DNA of 63,751 bases, counting the filler, from Lama guanicoe (lineage: Eukaryota): the NCBI GenBank assembly GCA_013239625.1. It is 146 parts of 146 records of this genome, joined end to end, with 100 filler letters (N's around TTAATTAATTAA, not from the genome) between each part and the next. Parts side by side here need not be neighbours in the genome. Positions count along the whole stretch, not along the records: positions 25,765 to 26,101 come from PNXV01056889.1; positions 26,202 to 26,537 come from PNXV01056890.1; positions 26,638 to 26,974 come from PNXV01056891.1; positions 27,075 to 27,411 come from PNXV01056892.1; positions 27,512 to 27,848 come from PNXV01056893.1; positions 27,949 to 28,285 come from PNXV01056894.1; positions 28,386 to 28,722 come from PNXV01056895.1; positions 28,823 to 29,159 come from PNXV01056896.1; 138 more parts are not named here. One strand, 5' to 3'. Shown piece after piece: positions 25,665-37,472 of this stretch. Each line of letters starts with the position of its first letter. Position 1 is the stretch's first letter. Both the position numbers and the translations under genes were made by a program. The notes beneath the pieces are model-generated. The model was given only the letters and a program-made list of their open reading frames with translations. It made no database searches and was not told the origin of the DNA.

Positions 25665-26201
25665 NNNNNNNNNNNNNNNNNNNNNNNNNNNNNNNNNNNN
25701 NNNNNNNNTTAATTAATTAANNNNNNNNNNNNNNNNNNNNNNNNNNNNNNNNNNNNNNNNNNNNTTTAACTCATTTTAACTTCTTGAAGATAAACAGAGA
25801 AGCAGAAATGATAATAATAAAAAAATGTCTAAACTTACATTTTAACGAATTCCTTTCTTCTTTAGAAAATTAAAATTAAAATGGAGTACAATTTGCATTC
25901 TTTTTCAGCATGCATTTCATCTCCTCACCTCCCCTCGCCCCACTCCCCACCCCCGTACTCTGCACAGAGAAGTCAGACTTTCTAGGAGCCACTTGGTTTT
26001 ATTATTAGTTTTCTTCCCAAGGAACTAATGATTCCACTCGGAAACATAATATTCTCGTGGTTTACAGTTTCCAGAAGTAGTTACATCATTTTTTGTCCTG
26101 GNNNNNNNNNNNNNNNNNNNNNNNNNNNNNNNNNNNNNNNNNNNNTTAATTAATTAANNNNNNNNNNNNNNNNNNNNNNNNNNNNNNNNNNNNNNNNNNN
26201 N

Positions 26202-26537
26202 ATATCCTTGTAGCTTATTTTATACATAATAGTTTGTACCTCTTAATCCCGTAAATCCTATATTGCCCCTCCCCCTTCCTTCTCCCCACTAGTAACGACT
26301 AGTTTGTCCTCTGTATCTGTGACTTTACTTCTTTTTTGTTATACTCACTAATCTGTTGTATGTTTTAGATTCTACATATAAGTGATATCATACAGTAATT
26401 TTCTCTCTCTGTCTGACTTAATTTCACTTAGCATAATACCCTCTAAGTCCATCCATGTTGCTGCAAATGGCAAATTTCATTATTTTTTACAGCTGAGCAG
26501 TATTCCACTGTGTGTATATACACACACACACACACAC
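26202..26537 (-). mobile_element. L1 3' end, antisense, ending in (CA)n
   Basis: ttagattctacatataagtgatatcatacag...ccatccatgttgctgcaaatggcaaa; the same family recurs at 50267, 50705, 57275 and 60341. Confidence 0.85.
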
Positions 26538-29500
26538 NNNNNNNNNNNNNNNNNNNNNNNNNNNNNNNNNNNNNNNNNNNNTTAATTAATTAANNNNNNN
26601 NNNNNNNNNNNNNNNNNNNNNNNNNNNNNNNNNNNNNAAGCACATAACTTTATAAGATGATTTGAAATATCTTTGCAACTCTTAAGAAACATAGCATTTT
26701 GCAAACCATCAGAAAGGTTCTGCAATAAGAGCATTTCCTATGATTTCATAATATGTTTATTAATCTCATTTCTTTTTAACATGTTTGATTTTTTTTTTCT
26801 ATCTCCCTCCAATAAATTCAACTGGAATGTAATAGTTTTGCTCTGGTTAACTCATAGTCTGTGCATAATGTGGGTCCAATATGACTTGAAAAGACTCACT
26901 GTAATAAATTTTTACCATTTTCTGTTTTTTGGAGATCAATGAAAAAGAGTATCAGGTCAGATAGTTTTTTTTTTNNNNNNNNNNNNNNNNNNNNNNNNNN
27001 NNNNNNNNNNNNNNNNNNTTAATTAATTAANNNNNNNNNNNNNNNNNNNNNNNNNNNNNNNNNNNNNNNNNNNNCAAACCATTTGGGGACTTGCCAAATT
27101 ATAGAGTTCTCATTGACCGACTATCCACTTCTTAATCTGAGCCCAACTCTTTCTGTAAACAGATCATTTGAAACTTAAAACAGCCCTGTGAAAAGGGACA
27201 GAATCTCAGTTTTACAGATAAATCAGGTGAGGCTCAGAAAGTTTGATCTGTGCGACAAAAAAAAAGTATGCACTAACAGCATAATCAAAGGGCAAAACCA
27301 GGCCAGCTACACAAAACTAAGACAGGTGGTACAAAGCGGGTGAGAAAAGTAGCGATCTGTAAGCACAAAATCTATCAACTCGGGGAGGCAGGAGCCCTCC
27401 CCGGAGACAGGNNNNNNNNNNNNNNNNNNNNNNNNNNNNNNNNNNNNNNNNNNNNTTAATTAATTAANNNNNNNNNNNNNNNNNNNNNNNNNNNNNNNNN
27501 NNNNNNNNNNNCTCTGTGGACAGTTCCTGGTGCCTCCAGGGCTCAGATAACTCAAATAACGCCCCCAAGGGTCACCCCATCTTCACCTGACCATCTCCCC
27601 TCAACCACCGAACATTCTCCCATGTACCAGGCCCGCCACCACGACAGCAATGGCTGTCGCCACACCTGTGAGGACAACGACCTCGAAGATCCACTTCTTC
27701 ATAGTCTGCAGATTACACCACCTCCTGCCACCGCCCCCATCCGCACAAAGCCCGCTAGATCCCCCTTACGCAAATGCACACTTAAAGTCCCAGCAGGATA
27801 GATCTGTGGACCTACCAGCTGATCGCAGCCGAGTAGAAACAGGCCAGANNNNNNNNNNNNNNNNNNNNNNNNNNNNNNNNNNNNNNNNNNNNTTAATTAA
27901 TTAANNNNNNNNNNNNNNNNNNNNNNNNNNNNNNNNNNNNNNNNNNNNTGAGGGCAAGTAAAATGCAAACAAAATTCATTTTGATATTAGTAACATCTCT
28001 AATAATGTGCTCCTGGTGGTTAGCTATAATTTATATGCCTTTCTGGTGAATTTAATTTGTATGTTCTCAATTCTCAAGTATTAATAAAATATTCTTATGA
28101 AAAGCATCCCAATTGAGTTCTCCAGGAACTATGTATAGTTTATTCCTCACCTTGCTCACAGTAATGCACCTACTAAGTAAAAAACAAGTGATTCCCCAAA
28201 AAACATCTTGAGCTACCCCATCACGCCTCCAGCCTGCTCTGCCCACCCACCTACCTGACCCTAAGATGCTCTTTCTTCCTTTTTGNNNNNNNNNNNNNNN
28301 NNNNNNNNNNNNNNNNNNNNNNNNNNNNNTTAATTAATTAANNNNNNNNNNNNNNNNNNNNNNNNNNNNNNNNNNNNNNNNNNNNAGGACTCAGCTTGCT
28401 CTTTACTCCCCAGGCTCTTTCTCCAACAGCTCAGCCACTGAGAGCACCATAGCCATTTTTAAGGACTCAAGGTGTCACAGTGGAATAAAACTTCATACAA
28501 GAGAGTTTACTTTTGAAGCATTAGAAAAGTAGATGCCCATATTGTTTTATATTAAATAAAAATGTGTTTGATCTGAGTTTGATCATATTTGGTATTTATT
28601 AGTACTTTACAGTAACGCAATACATAGGTATCACTAATGCTAAAGCTATGGCTTCAGAATATTTAGACAAAACTTTAAAGTTTAGGATCACCAAATCATT
28701 TTATAGACCAGAAGCCCAAGACNNNNNNNNNNNNNNNNNNNNNNNNNNNNNNNNNNNNNNNNNNNNTTAATTAATTAANNNNNNNNNNNNNNNNNNNNNN
28801 NNNNNNNNNNNNNNNNNNNNNNCTTCACGAGGTCAGAACCTCAAACAAGCACCAGCACCGCCTCATTCCCGTTCATTCTTCAGTTTTTCTCTGACCCTAG
28901 AGTGAACCTCCACCTCCCATTTCTATCAGTAAAAGCTGTTTTTAGGATGCTGCTGCCTGTTCTGGACACCAATTCTGAGATGATTCTCAGGAGGCGCGTG
29001 CTTAAAAGTGAAGCTGAGAACACCAGGACGTGAGAAGGCAGCGCCACATCATAGGAGGGTGAACGCAGTCCTGCACGAGCAGCCTGGGCAGTGGTGCAGG
29101 GCCCGGCCCCTGACCTCCACCTGGGGTGACCCTGCAGAGATGTGGGAGGAAGGAGCTTGNNNNNNNNNNNNNNNNNNNNNNNNNNNNNNNNNNNNNNNNN
29201 NNNTTAATTAATTAANNNNNNNNNNNNNNNNNNNNNNNNNNNNNNNNNNNNNNNNNNNNTTTTTTTTTTTTTTTTGAAGTATAGTCAGTTACAATGTGTC
29301 AGTCTCTGGTGTACATGCTGCCATTTTTCATAGGATTTCTCTTGCTTTTAATAATTCTTTGGTTCCAGAATTATATATTTTTAGGGTTTCCCTTACCCCA
29401 ATTTCCACCAATAATTAATAGATGCTGTCTGGAAGAGGAGGGGCTATTTCAAAATTACATATATGGAGTTTTGACAAGAATTCTTGTATTTAGGCACTGA

Positions 29501-30133
29501 GTAGAATTTTCTCAATTTGGTTTTGCTTACAGACACCCACAGCTAATTTGTGTACACGCGTAAGCGTATTTTTTCCCTACCGTTGATGACATGGCANNNN
29601 NNNNNNNNNNNNNNNNNNNNNNNNNNNNNNNNNNNNNNNNTTAATTAATTAANNNNNNNNNNNNNNNNNNNNNNNNNNNNNNNNNNNNNNNNNNNNTAAT
29701 AAAGCAAAAATTTGCTGATAGTTGTGGGATTTGAGAGAAAGAGAAACGTCAGAATGGACTCCGTGTGACTATTAACTGAGTAGGGAGGCAGCACAGGCTC
29801 AGTTTTAAAGGCAGTGCAGTGTTTCACCAGATGAAATGCCATCCTCCACCCATTGAAAACCTCATCACTAAAAATTTAGGTTGACTCCAGATGTTGCTAC
29901 TGTAAGTAATATTTCAATAAAAAAGAAATAGAGCATAACTGTCCAAGAATTTTGCATGAATGTCCATTTTTTCCCCAGGCTATGCTTATTTCCATGTCTT
30001 CTAGCACGCATTCCAAGTTGGCCTTCAGGAAGANNNNNNNNNNNNNNNNNNNNNNNNNNNNNNNNNNNNNNNNNNNNTTAATTAATTAANNNNNNNNNNN
30101 NNNNNNNNNNNNNNNNNNNNNNNNNNNNNNNNN

Positions 30134-30470
30134 AGTAAAAACGGTGGAGTGAGGACATCTGAAAATTCATCCCTCCATAAAAACAACAACTGGCAAAAAT
30201 GGTCAGAATCAACTTTCTCAGAACTCTGGAAATTTAACCAACTGGCTTGTAGCAATCTGGGGAGCAATTTATTTAAGAAAAACAAATTAACATCTGTAAG
30301 GACAGTGAGATCTGTATTGCTTTAGCTTGTCCTAGACCATGACAGTGATAGCCTTGAAAAATAGCCCACATCCTAATAACCAAAAACTTCCCCAACTTGG
30401 GAAAGGAAACAGTTACCCACATCCAGGAAGCGCAGAGAGTTCCACACAGGATCAACCCAAAGAGGAACAC
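30134..30470 (+). mobile_element. L1 5'UTR-like segment joined to an L1 ORF1 fragment
   Basis: From about 30380: NFPNLGKETVTHIQEAQRVPHRINPKRNT (ORF1p). Confidence 0.75.
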
Positions 30471-31007
30471 NNNNNNNNNNNNNNNNNNNNNNNNNNNNNN
30501 NNNNNNNNNNNNNNTTAATTAATTAANNNNNNNNNNNNNNNNNNNNNNNNNNNNNNNNNNNNNNNNNNNNTGTTAAGTGGAACTGCCTGGCCTAGACCAT
30601 GTACATTTCTGCACAGTCTTTATGGAATCTCCACAAAGAAATATCTTCTCCCTTTGGTCCAATTAATTGTTCTTGTATGTAAGTTCCTTTCTCTCCCAGT
30701 ACACCCAGAGTGGCGAAATGACAAGGCCAGCCACGTAGCCGAAGGTCGCTCCAAGCGTGCAGGAGATGGGCCGTTCCTGGGGAGGCGATGCATGAGGTCA
30801 AAAACAACAAATGTTTTATTATTACTTGAGCACAACTTAAGTGTAACCTAAATATTTTTATATTAAAGCTTAATGTGCTTTCTTAAAAGAATGTCAAAAG
30901 TATAATANNNNNNNNNNNNNNNNNNNNNNNNNNNNNNNNNNNNNNNNNNNNTTAATTAATTAANNNNNNNNNNNNNNNNNNNNNNNNNNNNNNNNNNNNN
31001 NNNNNNN

Positions 31008-31344
31008 CTCTTCATATAAATGGACACATAGAATATATATTGTTTTTGCATTCAGCTTTTTCACTTAGCATCACATATTTGAGATTCATCTATATTGTAA
31101 CATGTACTAGTAGTTTGTTCCTTTTTATTTCTGAATAAAATCCCATTTTATGGGTATATGACATTTTGTTTATTTGTTCATCAGCTGATGGACATTTGAG
31201 TTGTTTCCACATTTTTGGCTACTGTGAATGCTCATGTACAAGTTTTTGTGTGGACATAACGTTTTTATTTTTCTTGGCAGATTCCTAGAATAAATATGGC
31301 AGAGTTGTATGATAAAATGTTGCTTGACATTTAAAAAATTTTTT
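31008..31344 (-). mobile_element. L1MB/L1M 3' fragment, antisense
   Basis: ctgatggacatttgagttgtttccacatttttggctact. Confidence 0.8.
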
Positions 31345-32344
31345 NNNNNNNNNNNNNNNNNNNNNNNNNNNNNNNNNNNNNNNNNNNNTTAATTAATTAA
31401 NNNNNNNNNNNNNNNNNNNNNNNNNNNNNNNNNNNNNNNNNNNNTGAGACAGAGGGCAGGCTGCCAGACGGCCACTTCCATTACTGTCTGCCCAGGCCAC
31501 AGGCACAGTGCATCTGTGCAAGCAGTTCACGTGTTTATGTAAACACTTCACAACACCCAATCAATCACTGCTTCCGCCCCAGCACTTTCCTTAGGGAAGT
31601 GTATGCCCCTGACCTAGTAGAGACTCGAGGCAACTCCTTTCTTTCATGAGCTCAGGGTTTAATGGGCCCAACACAACAGCGGCACAGATGAGTAATTTCA
31701 AGGAGTTCTCATTATGACCAGGATCTGCGCTACAGAGACTCAGAGGACGCGTGTCAGCACACACCTCCTGCCTTTAGAGGTNNNNNNNNNNNNNNNNNNN
31801 NNNNNNNNNNNNNNNNNNNNNNNNNTTAATTAATTAANNNNNNNNNNNNNNNNNNNNNNNNNNNNNNNNNNNNNNNNNNNNGTGTGCACAGTTACATGAC
31901 AGACCCTAGCCTGCCTTAAACCTGGTAGCCTGCATCACGATACCCGTACTTTCAAGTACTACATCCCAATTTAAAATCCTTTCTGAATATGCAAAAATGT
32001 GAGTTACAAATCTCACCATGTCTCTGTTCCTTGAGAATTCTGGTAATGACAATCTCTTATTCTCTATAGGAAAGTCCATCCTCTAGCTGGCCAAAACATG
32101 AAGTATGGGCCCAAGTCTTACTTCTACAACTAAGAGCGGGAGGAAGGGCAACTCTGGCAGATGAGGTTGAGAATTTTCCCTGCTGCTTCTCAAGCACTGT
32201 CTTCAACATGGTCTCCAGNNNNNNNNNNNNNNNNNNNNNNNNNNNNNNNNNNNNNNNNNNNNTTAATTAATTAANNNNNNNNNNNNNNNNNNNNNNNNNN
32301 NNNNNNNNNNNNNNNNNNGTGAATTCTTTCTCCTGGGCCCCCAG

Positions 32345-32655
32345 ACTCTCGTGGCCAGAGCACTTTATGACAACCACCCTGACTGCTCCGATGAGCTGGC
32401 TTTCTACAGAGGAGACATCCTGACCATTTTGGAGCAAAACATGCCAGAAAGTGAGGGCTGGTGGAATTGTTCACTCCATGGCAGGCAAGGTCTGGCTCCT
32501 GCCAACTGCCTCCAGTTGCTCAGGGAGGGCCCCACTGACAAGCCCTGCCCATCTTTCCTGAGGGGCCTGGAAGACACTCCCACCAGCGCCCAGGAGACCT
32601 ACCAGATGCCCACCCTGCTCAACCCCCTGCCTCCCAGCCCCGTGTATGAGCAGAT
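32345..32655 (+). CDS. CASS4: Cas scaffold family member 4, SH3-domain exon (3' truncated)
   Basis: ccccag|TLVARALYDNHPDCSDELAFYRGDILTILEQNMPESEGWW...HGRQGLAPAN...PCPSFLRGLE...ETYQMPTL...PVYEQ. Confidence 0.93.
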
Positions 32656-34068
32656 NNNNNNNNNNNNNNNNNNNNNNNNNNNNNNNNNNNNNNNNNNNNT
32701 TAATTAATTAANNNNNNNNNNNNNNNNNNNNNNNNNNNNNNNNNNNNNNNNNNNNAACCCATTTCCACAAGCACCAGTCGCATGTACATCACACGCCTTG
32801 CACCCGGGCTCATGGAGGATGAGCTGGGGCTTCTGCAGGATCCCAGGCTCAACCGGGGGTCTTGGCTGGGCTGCCCTGGCCTTGGGGAGTCCTGTGCCTC
32901 CCCCCTATTTGGAGTTGCCTCTTCCTACTCTCTGGGAAAAAACCCACCTCTGGGTTCCCCCCGACCCCTCCCATCCCACTCTCTCAGCCTGAGCAGGTTC
33001 CCATACGGACCCTATCGCCAGCCCTGTGCCCCAGAGAGGGGCACACGCCACATCAGGAGTTGGCCTTGACCCCTTCAGCCTTGCCCCTTCCGNNNNNNNN
33101 NNNNNNNNNNNNNNNNNNNNNNNNNNNNNNNNNNNNTTAATTAATTAANNNNNNNNNNNNNNNNNNNNNNNNNNNNNNNNNNNNNNNNNNNNATCTGAAC
33201 TCTTTCACTACCGCTCACTGTATGAGGAGGGAAGGAGAAACTCAGAGTCTTCAGGGAAGTCTGTCGCCTGCTGGCCATCAAGTCTAGTAAGATGGATTGT
33301 GAATAGGATTTTTCTATTCCTTCAGCCTGTTGATAAAAGGAACACAATTAACATGGTCTCCACTCATCTGTTTACAGAGAACTATATGCAGATAGTAAAT
33401 CTGGCCTGTGCGTGGTTAGATAAGTACCCACCATGTCTTGATTCTCCTTCAAATCTGTTGATAAATGTTTACGTTCCAGTTAAATTCAACAAAACATTTC
33501 ATGGAATGGCAATGGAAATGACAAAGAAGANNNNNNNNNNNNNNNNNNNNNNNNNNNNNNNNNNNNNNNNNNNNTTAATTAATTAANNNNNNNNNNNNNN
33601 NNNNNNNNNNNNNNNNNNNNNNNNNNNNNNAGAATATATTAAAATATGCTAGCTCAATATCATTTTATTCACTAAATTATTATGACATGATACCTTTCAT
33701 AACAGGGATAAAAACATCAAAAATGAATCTTCAAGATACTGTTCTTTTATGGTGTTGTCATAATCAGTATTAGCGTAAGGGGCTTAATTCAGGTAATCTC
33801 CATGATAATTTTTTGCGGCTCACTCATCTTGAAAGTCATTTCATTTAATAAAAAGATTAGAAACAAAATAAGAAAATAATTTCATACCTTTATTTCCCAT
33901 TTCCTCAACCACCTACTACTGGTGTTTTTTTTTAAAGTGCATATTTCATTAAGGAAACTTGATTTTTTNNNNNNNNNNNNNNNNNNNNNNNNNNNNNNNN
34001 NNNNNNNNNNNNTTAATTAATTAANNNNNNNNNNNNNNNNNNNNNNNNNNNNNNNNNNNNNNNNNNNN

Positions 34069-34406
34069 TTGCTTAGTGGCCCTGTCGGCCATCTGCTTTC
34101 CTTGACCTGCAAAGGGTATTAATTTCTGGTGTCCTGGGCACTGCGTGATGGCCATGGCCTTTGGTTCAGCCACTGCACTGACTAGAGCCGAAATCTCTGG
34201 AGTATGTTTTACTTCTTTGTTGTTGGAAGTTAACAGTCCTCTTTCTTTTCAAATTGCTCCATAAGCATGCAACACCAAGAAGGCATAATCAGAGTCAGTG
34301 TAAATATTTGCCTTTTTCCCCTTCGAAAGCTGGAAAGCTTGGGTCCGGGCTGTTGATTAGGCCCGCCTTCTGGGTAGAAGTTCGGGGCAAAGAGCTGCTG
34401 CCTCAG
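34069..34406 (-). mobile_element. Class I ERV pol RNase H fragment, disabled
   Basis: Minus strand gives KGKKANIYTDSDYAFLVLHAYGAI*KERGLLTSNNKEVKH...AITQCPGHQK...GKQMADRATKQ; stop at 34249-34251. Confidence 0.92.
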
Positions 34407-34597
34407 NNNNNNNNNNNNNNNNNNNNNNNNNNNNNNNNNNNNNNNNNNNNTTAATTAATTAANNNNNNNNNNNNNNNNNNNNNNNNNNNNNNNNNNNNNN
34501 NNNNNNCGGTGCTTTCCTGCACATGATCGTTTTTCTGCAGAACTTTGCTAAGTGTTAGCATAAGGCATTGAGGCTTTTAGAATTGAGGACCTATACC

Positions 34598-34844
34598 CGT
34601 GGTTCTCAAAGTAAGACTACCCCCCAGATTCATGCCCTAAATCTTTCAGGGGACCTGTGAGTTAAACAAGCTATATTCAGACTAATGTTTGTACAGTAAT
34701 TGGACTTTTGTTCAGCGCGTTGATTTTTGCACTAGTGATGCAAAGCGGTGGTGGGCAAAACTGGTGTCCCTTAGCAAGAATCCCGACAGTGGTGTGAAAT
34801 TGTTCTAGTGGTCACGTGATTCTTGACTCTCACACAATCTCCAG
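34598..34844. mobile_element. Charlie1-like hAT DNA transposon end
   Basis: gtggttctcaaagt terminus...tttgcactagtgatgcaaagcggtggtgggcaaaactgg. Confidence 0.55.
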
Positions 34845-34953
34845 NNNNNNNNNNNNNNNNNNNNNNNNNNNNNNNNNNNNNNNNNNNNTTAATTAATTAA
34901 NNNNNNNNNNNNNNNNNNNNNNNNNNNNNNNNNNNNNNNNNNNNTTTACGGCC

Positions 34954-35282
34954 AGCGGTCCTTAATTTTCAGTGCCGTGGACCACTTTGGCAGTCGGAAG
35001 CCTGTGGACCTTTCTCAGGGTTGTTCACTGAAATGCATAACATTAAATACATAGAATGATAAAGGAGCCTAATTCGAATGAAATATAGTTGACCAATTAT
35101 TTTTAAATAATTTCCTGCTTGTTTATTTACACATTTAATGACAAGATTCAGTGGAGGTTCTAATAACCAGTTTTGAAATAGTGATAAAGTGATACTTTAA
35201 ATGAACAGCAATGACTGTAACATGATAGGAAAATATCTGTGTTTTCTCTTAATGACAAAGTCACAGATACTGCTAACACTGC
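34954..35282. mobile_element. hAT-Charlie-type DNA transposon relic
   Basis: cagcggtccttaatttt...ggaccactttggcagtc-ggaagcctgtggacctttctcag terminus-like sequence. Confidence 0.45.
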
Positions 35283-35382
35283 NNNNNNNNNNNNNNNNNN
35301 NNNNNNNNNNNNNNNNNNNNNNNNNNTTAATTAATTAANNNNNNNNNNNNNNNNNNNNNNNNNNNNNNNNNNNNNNNNNNNN

Positions 35383-35720
35383 TATTGATCATAGGCCATG
35401 GTGACCAGGAGAAAAAATTCAGTATCAGCAAAGAGGCCAGTAAAAATACTCGAATGGCAAAATTGTCATATTCGATTGTCTTGTCACCTGTTGATAGGTT
35501 GTACAAATATTTGGGAGCACAAGCAGATGTAAGTGAGATTTCTAAAATGGAGATATTTTGTAGGAAAAAGGACATGGCAGTTTTCAGGTGAGAATCTCTG
35601 AAGGTGAGGGAGATGATGGTTAGGTTCCCAGTTAGATTCAACATGTAGGTGAGAAATAGAAATGTGAAAATCACAATCTTCATTTGTGGATCGTCAGTCA
35701 ACCCCAGAAGGATAAATGTT
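35383..35720 (-). pseudogene. Olfactory receptor pseudogene (OR6C-like), N-terminus to TM3
   Basis: FILLGLTDDPQ...GNLTII...SHLKTAMSFFL (PMYFFL altered); frameshift at the A5 run 35442-35446; TM3 Cys lost; MAYDQ instead of MAYDR. Confidence 0.88.
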
Positions 35721-36258
35721 NNNNNNNNNNNNNNNNNNNNNNNNNNNNNNNNNNNNNNNNNNNNTTAATTAATTAANNNNNNNNNNNNNNNNNNNNNNNN
35801 NNNNNNNNNNNNNNNNNNNNTTTAACCTAAGACAATTATGAATAAACATTAAAGGGGAATAAATGGAAGTCTCTTGGTGAGTAGTGTTTCTGTGTTTTTT
35901 CCCTTCAAGCTGGGTTTTACATACTCCTTCTGGTGCTTTGACACTTCTGTTGTGGTAACCTGAGTTGTGGAACCAGGGCTGAACTTGAAGTCTCATACAG
36001 AATAACATTAATGGGCTAACCTCAATATTTTACAGTTTATCTGGGCCAGATGAATGTAGTACTTTAACAAAAAGGTAATTGCCTGAATGCTTCTGGTGAA
36101 GGAAATCAATATTCATACAGCTTTAACACAAGTCAGGGCAGAAGGATCATGTTTTTGCNNNNNNNNNNNNNNNNNNNNNNNNNNNNNNNNNNNNNNNNNN
36201 NNTTAATTAATTAANNNNNNNNNNNNNNNNNNNNNNNNNNNNNNNNNNNNNNNNNNNN

Positions 36259-36596
36259 CCACGACCTCATTGCCAGCATCCTCTAAGAGGTGGCCCTGGT
36301 CCCACGGGTTGAGCTCCGAGGCCATAAAGCCCTGGTGAAGCTCTGGAGCCGGCAGGAACGAGACCTGTGGGAGCTGTGCAAGCAGCATCAGCGGAAGGCG
36401 GACACCCTCACTAAGCGATTGTTCGATGGCCTGGCCCAAGCTCCGGCCGAGGGCAGGTGCCGGCACCGGCCAGGTGTCCTAGGCGGGGAGGACGAAGAGG
36501 TGAAGCTGTATCAAGAGTTTCAGAAGAAACAGGTGCAGTGTCTGCTGGAGCTGAAGCCCAGGCGGACCTAGATGCCGAGCGGAGATTGGAGCATCT
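36259..36596 (+). pseudogene. PLCB3: Processed pseudogene of phospholipase C beta 3 (C-terminal coiled coil)
   Basis: DLIASIL*EVA...[20 protein letters not shown]...HQRKA...DGLAQA.AEGRCR...YQEFQ..QVQ.LLEL; TAA at 36284-36286, frameshift near 36553, no introns. Confidence 0.88.
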
Positions 36597-37343
36597 NNNN
36601 NNNNNNNNNNNNNNNNNNNNNNNNNNNNNNNNNNNNNNNNTTAATTAATTAANNNNNNNNNNNNNNNNNNNNNNNNNNNNNNNNNNNNNNNNNNNNTATT
36701 AATTCAGTTTGAAAGATCTGATCCACACAAGTTAACTCAAAGTAAAATCTTCAAAGTGAAAACCAAAAACACGTTGACAGGTTTAGAAAGCTTGCCTGGG
36801 TCTGACCTCAGAATGGAAATGCGTGCTCTGGGGCGAGGTCAGCCCGCTCTCTTTCTGCTGTGCACCTGAGCCGCGGGGCCAGCCATGAAAAATTCATGCC
36901 GGATGCTTCCACAGTCCACCTATGTCCTTAACATCTGCTGGCTTCACGTCACATTAAAACTTCAAAGTGAACCCATCCCTGAGGTGGCGGCAAGCTTTCA
37001 CTGGGAGCCAGAGGATGGATGGCTCAGGAAAGTCNNNNNNNNNNNNNNNNNNNNNNNNNNNNNNNNNNNNNNNNNNNNTTAATTAATTAANNNNNNNNNN
37101 NNNNNNNNNNNNNNNNNNNNNNNNNNNNNNNNNNAATTTTTCTTAGATAAAGGGGGAGTCTGGCAAGACACTATGAGCAAGGGAGGGTGGCCTTAATAAT
37201 CCAATCATGGGAAAACTATAGAATTAAGACTTATACAATGATTCTAGGAACTAACCAAACCAAAACAATGAATGAAACAAACTAAAACAAGAAGACAAAC
37301 AAAACCACAAACCCATAAATAAACATTTAACAAAAGATTTAAG

Positions 37344-37472
37344 TACTGTAAGTAATACTGCAATAAACATGGGAGTTCAGACATCTTTTTCATATTGTGA
37401 TTTTTGCCTTTCTCAACATATACATAGAAATGAGACTGCTGGATCAGTCAGGATACAGGAACACCTAAGTGT
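37344..37472. mobile_element. L1 with a 5' inversion junction
   Basis: Antisense L1 segment (37344-37446) abuts sense L1 agtcaggatacaggaacacctaagtgt. Confidence 0.6.
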
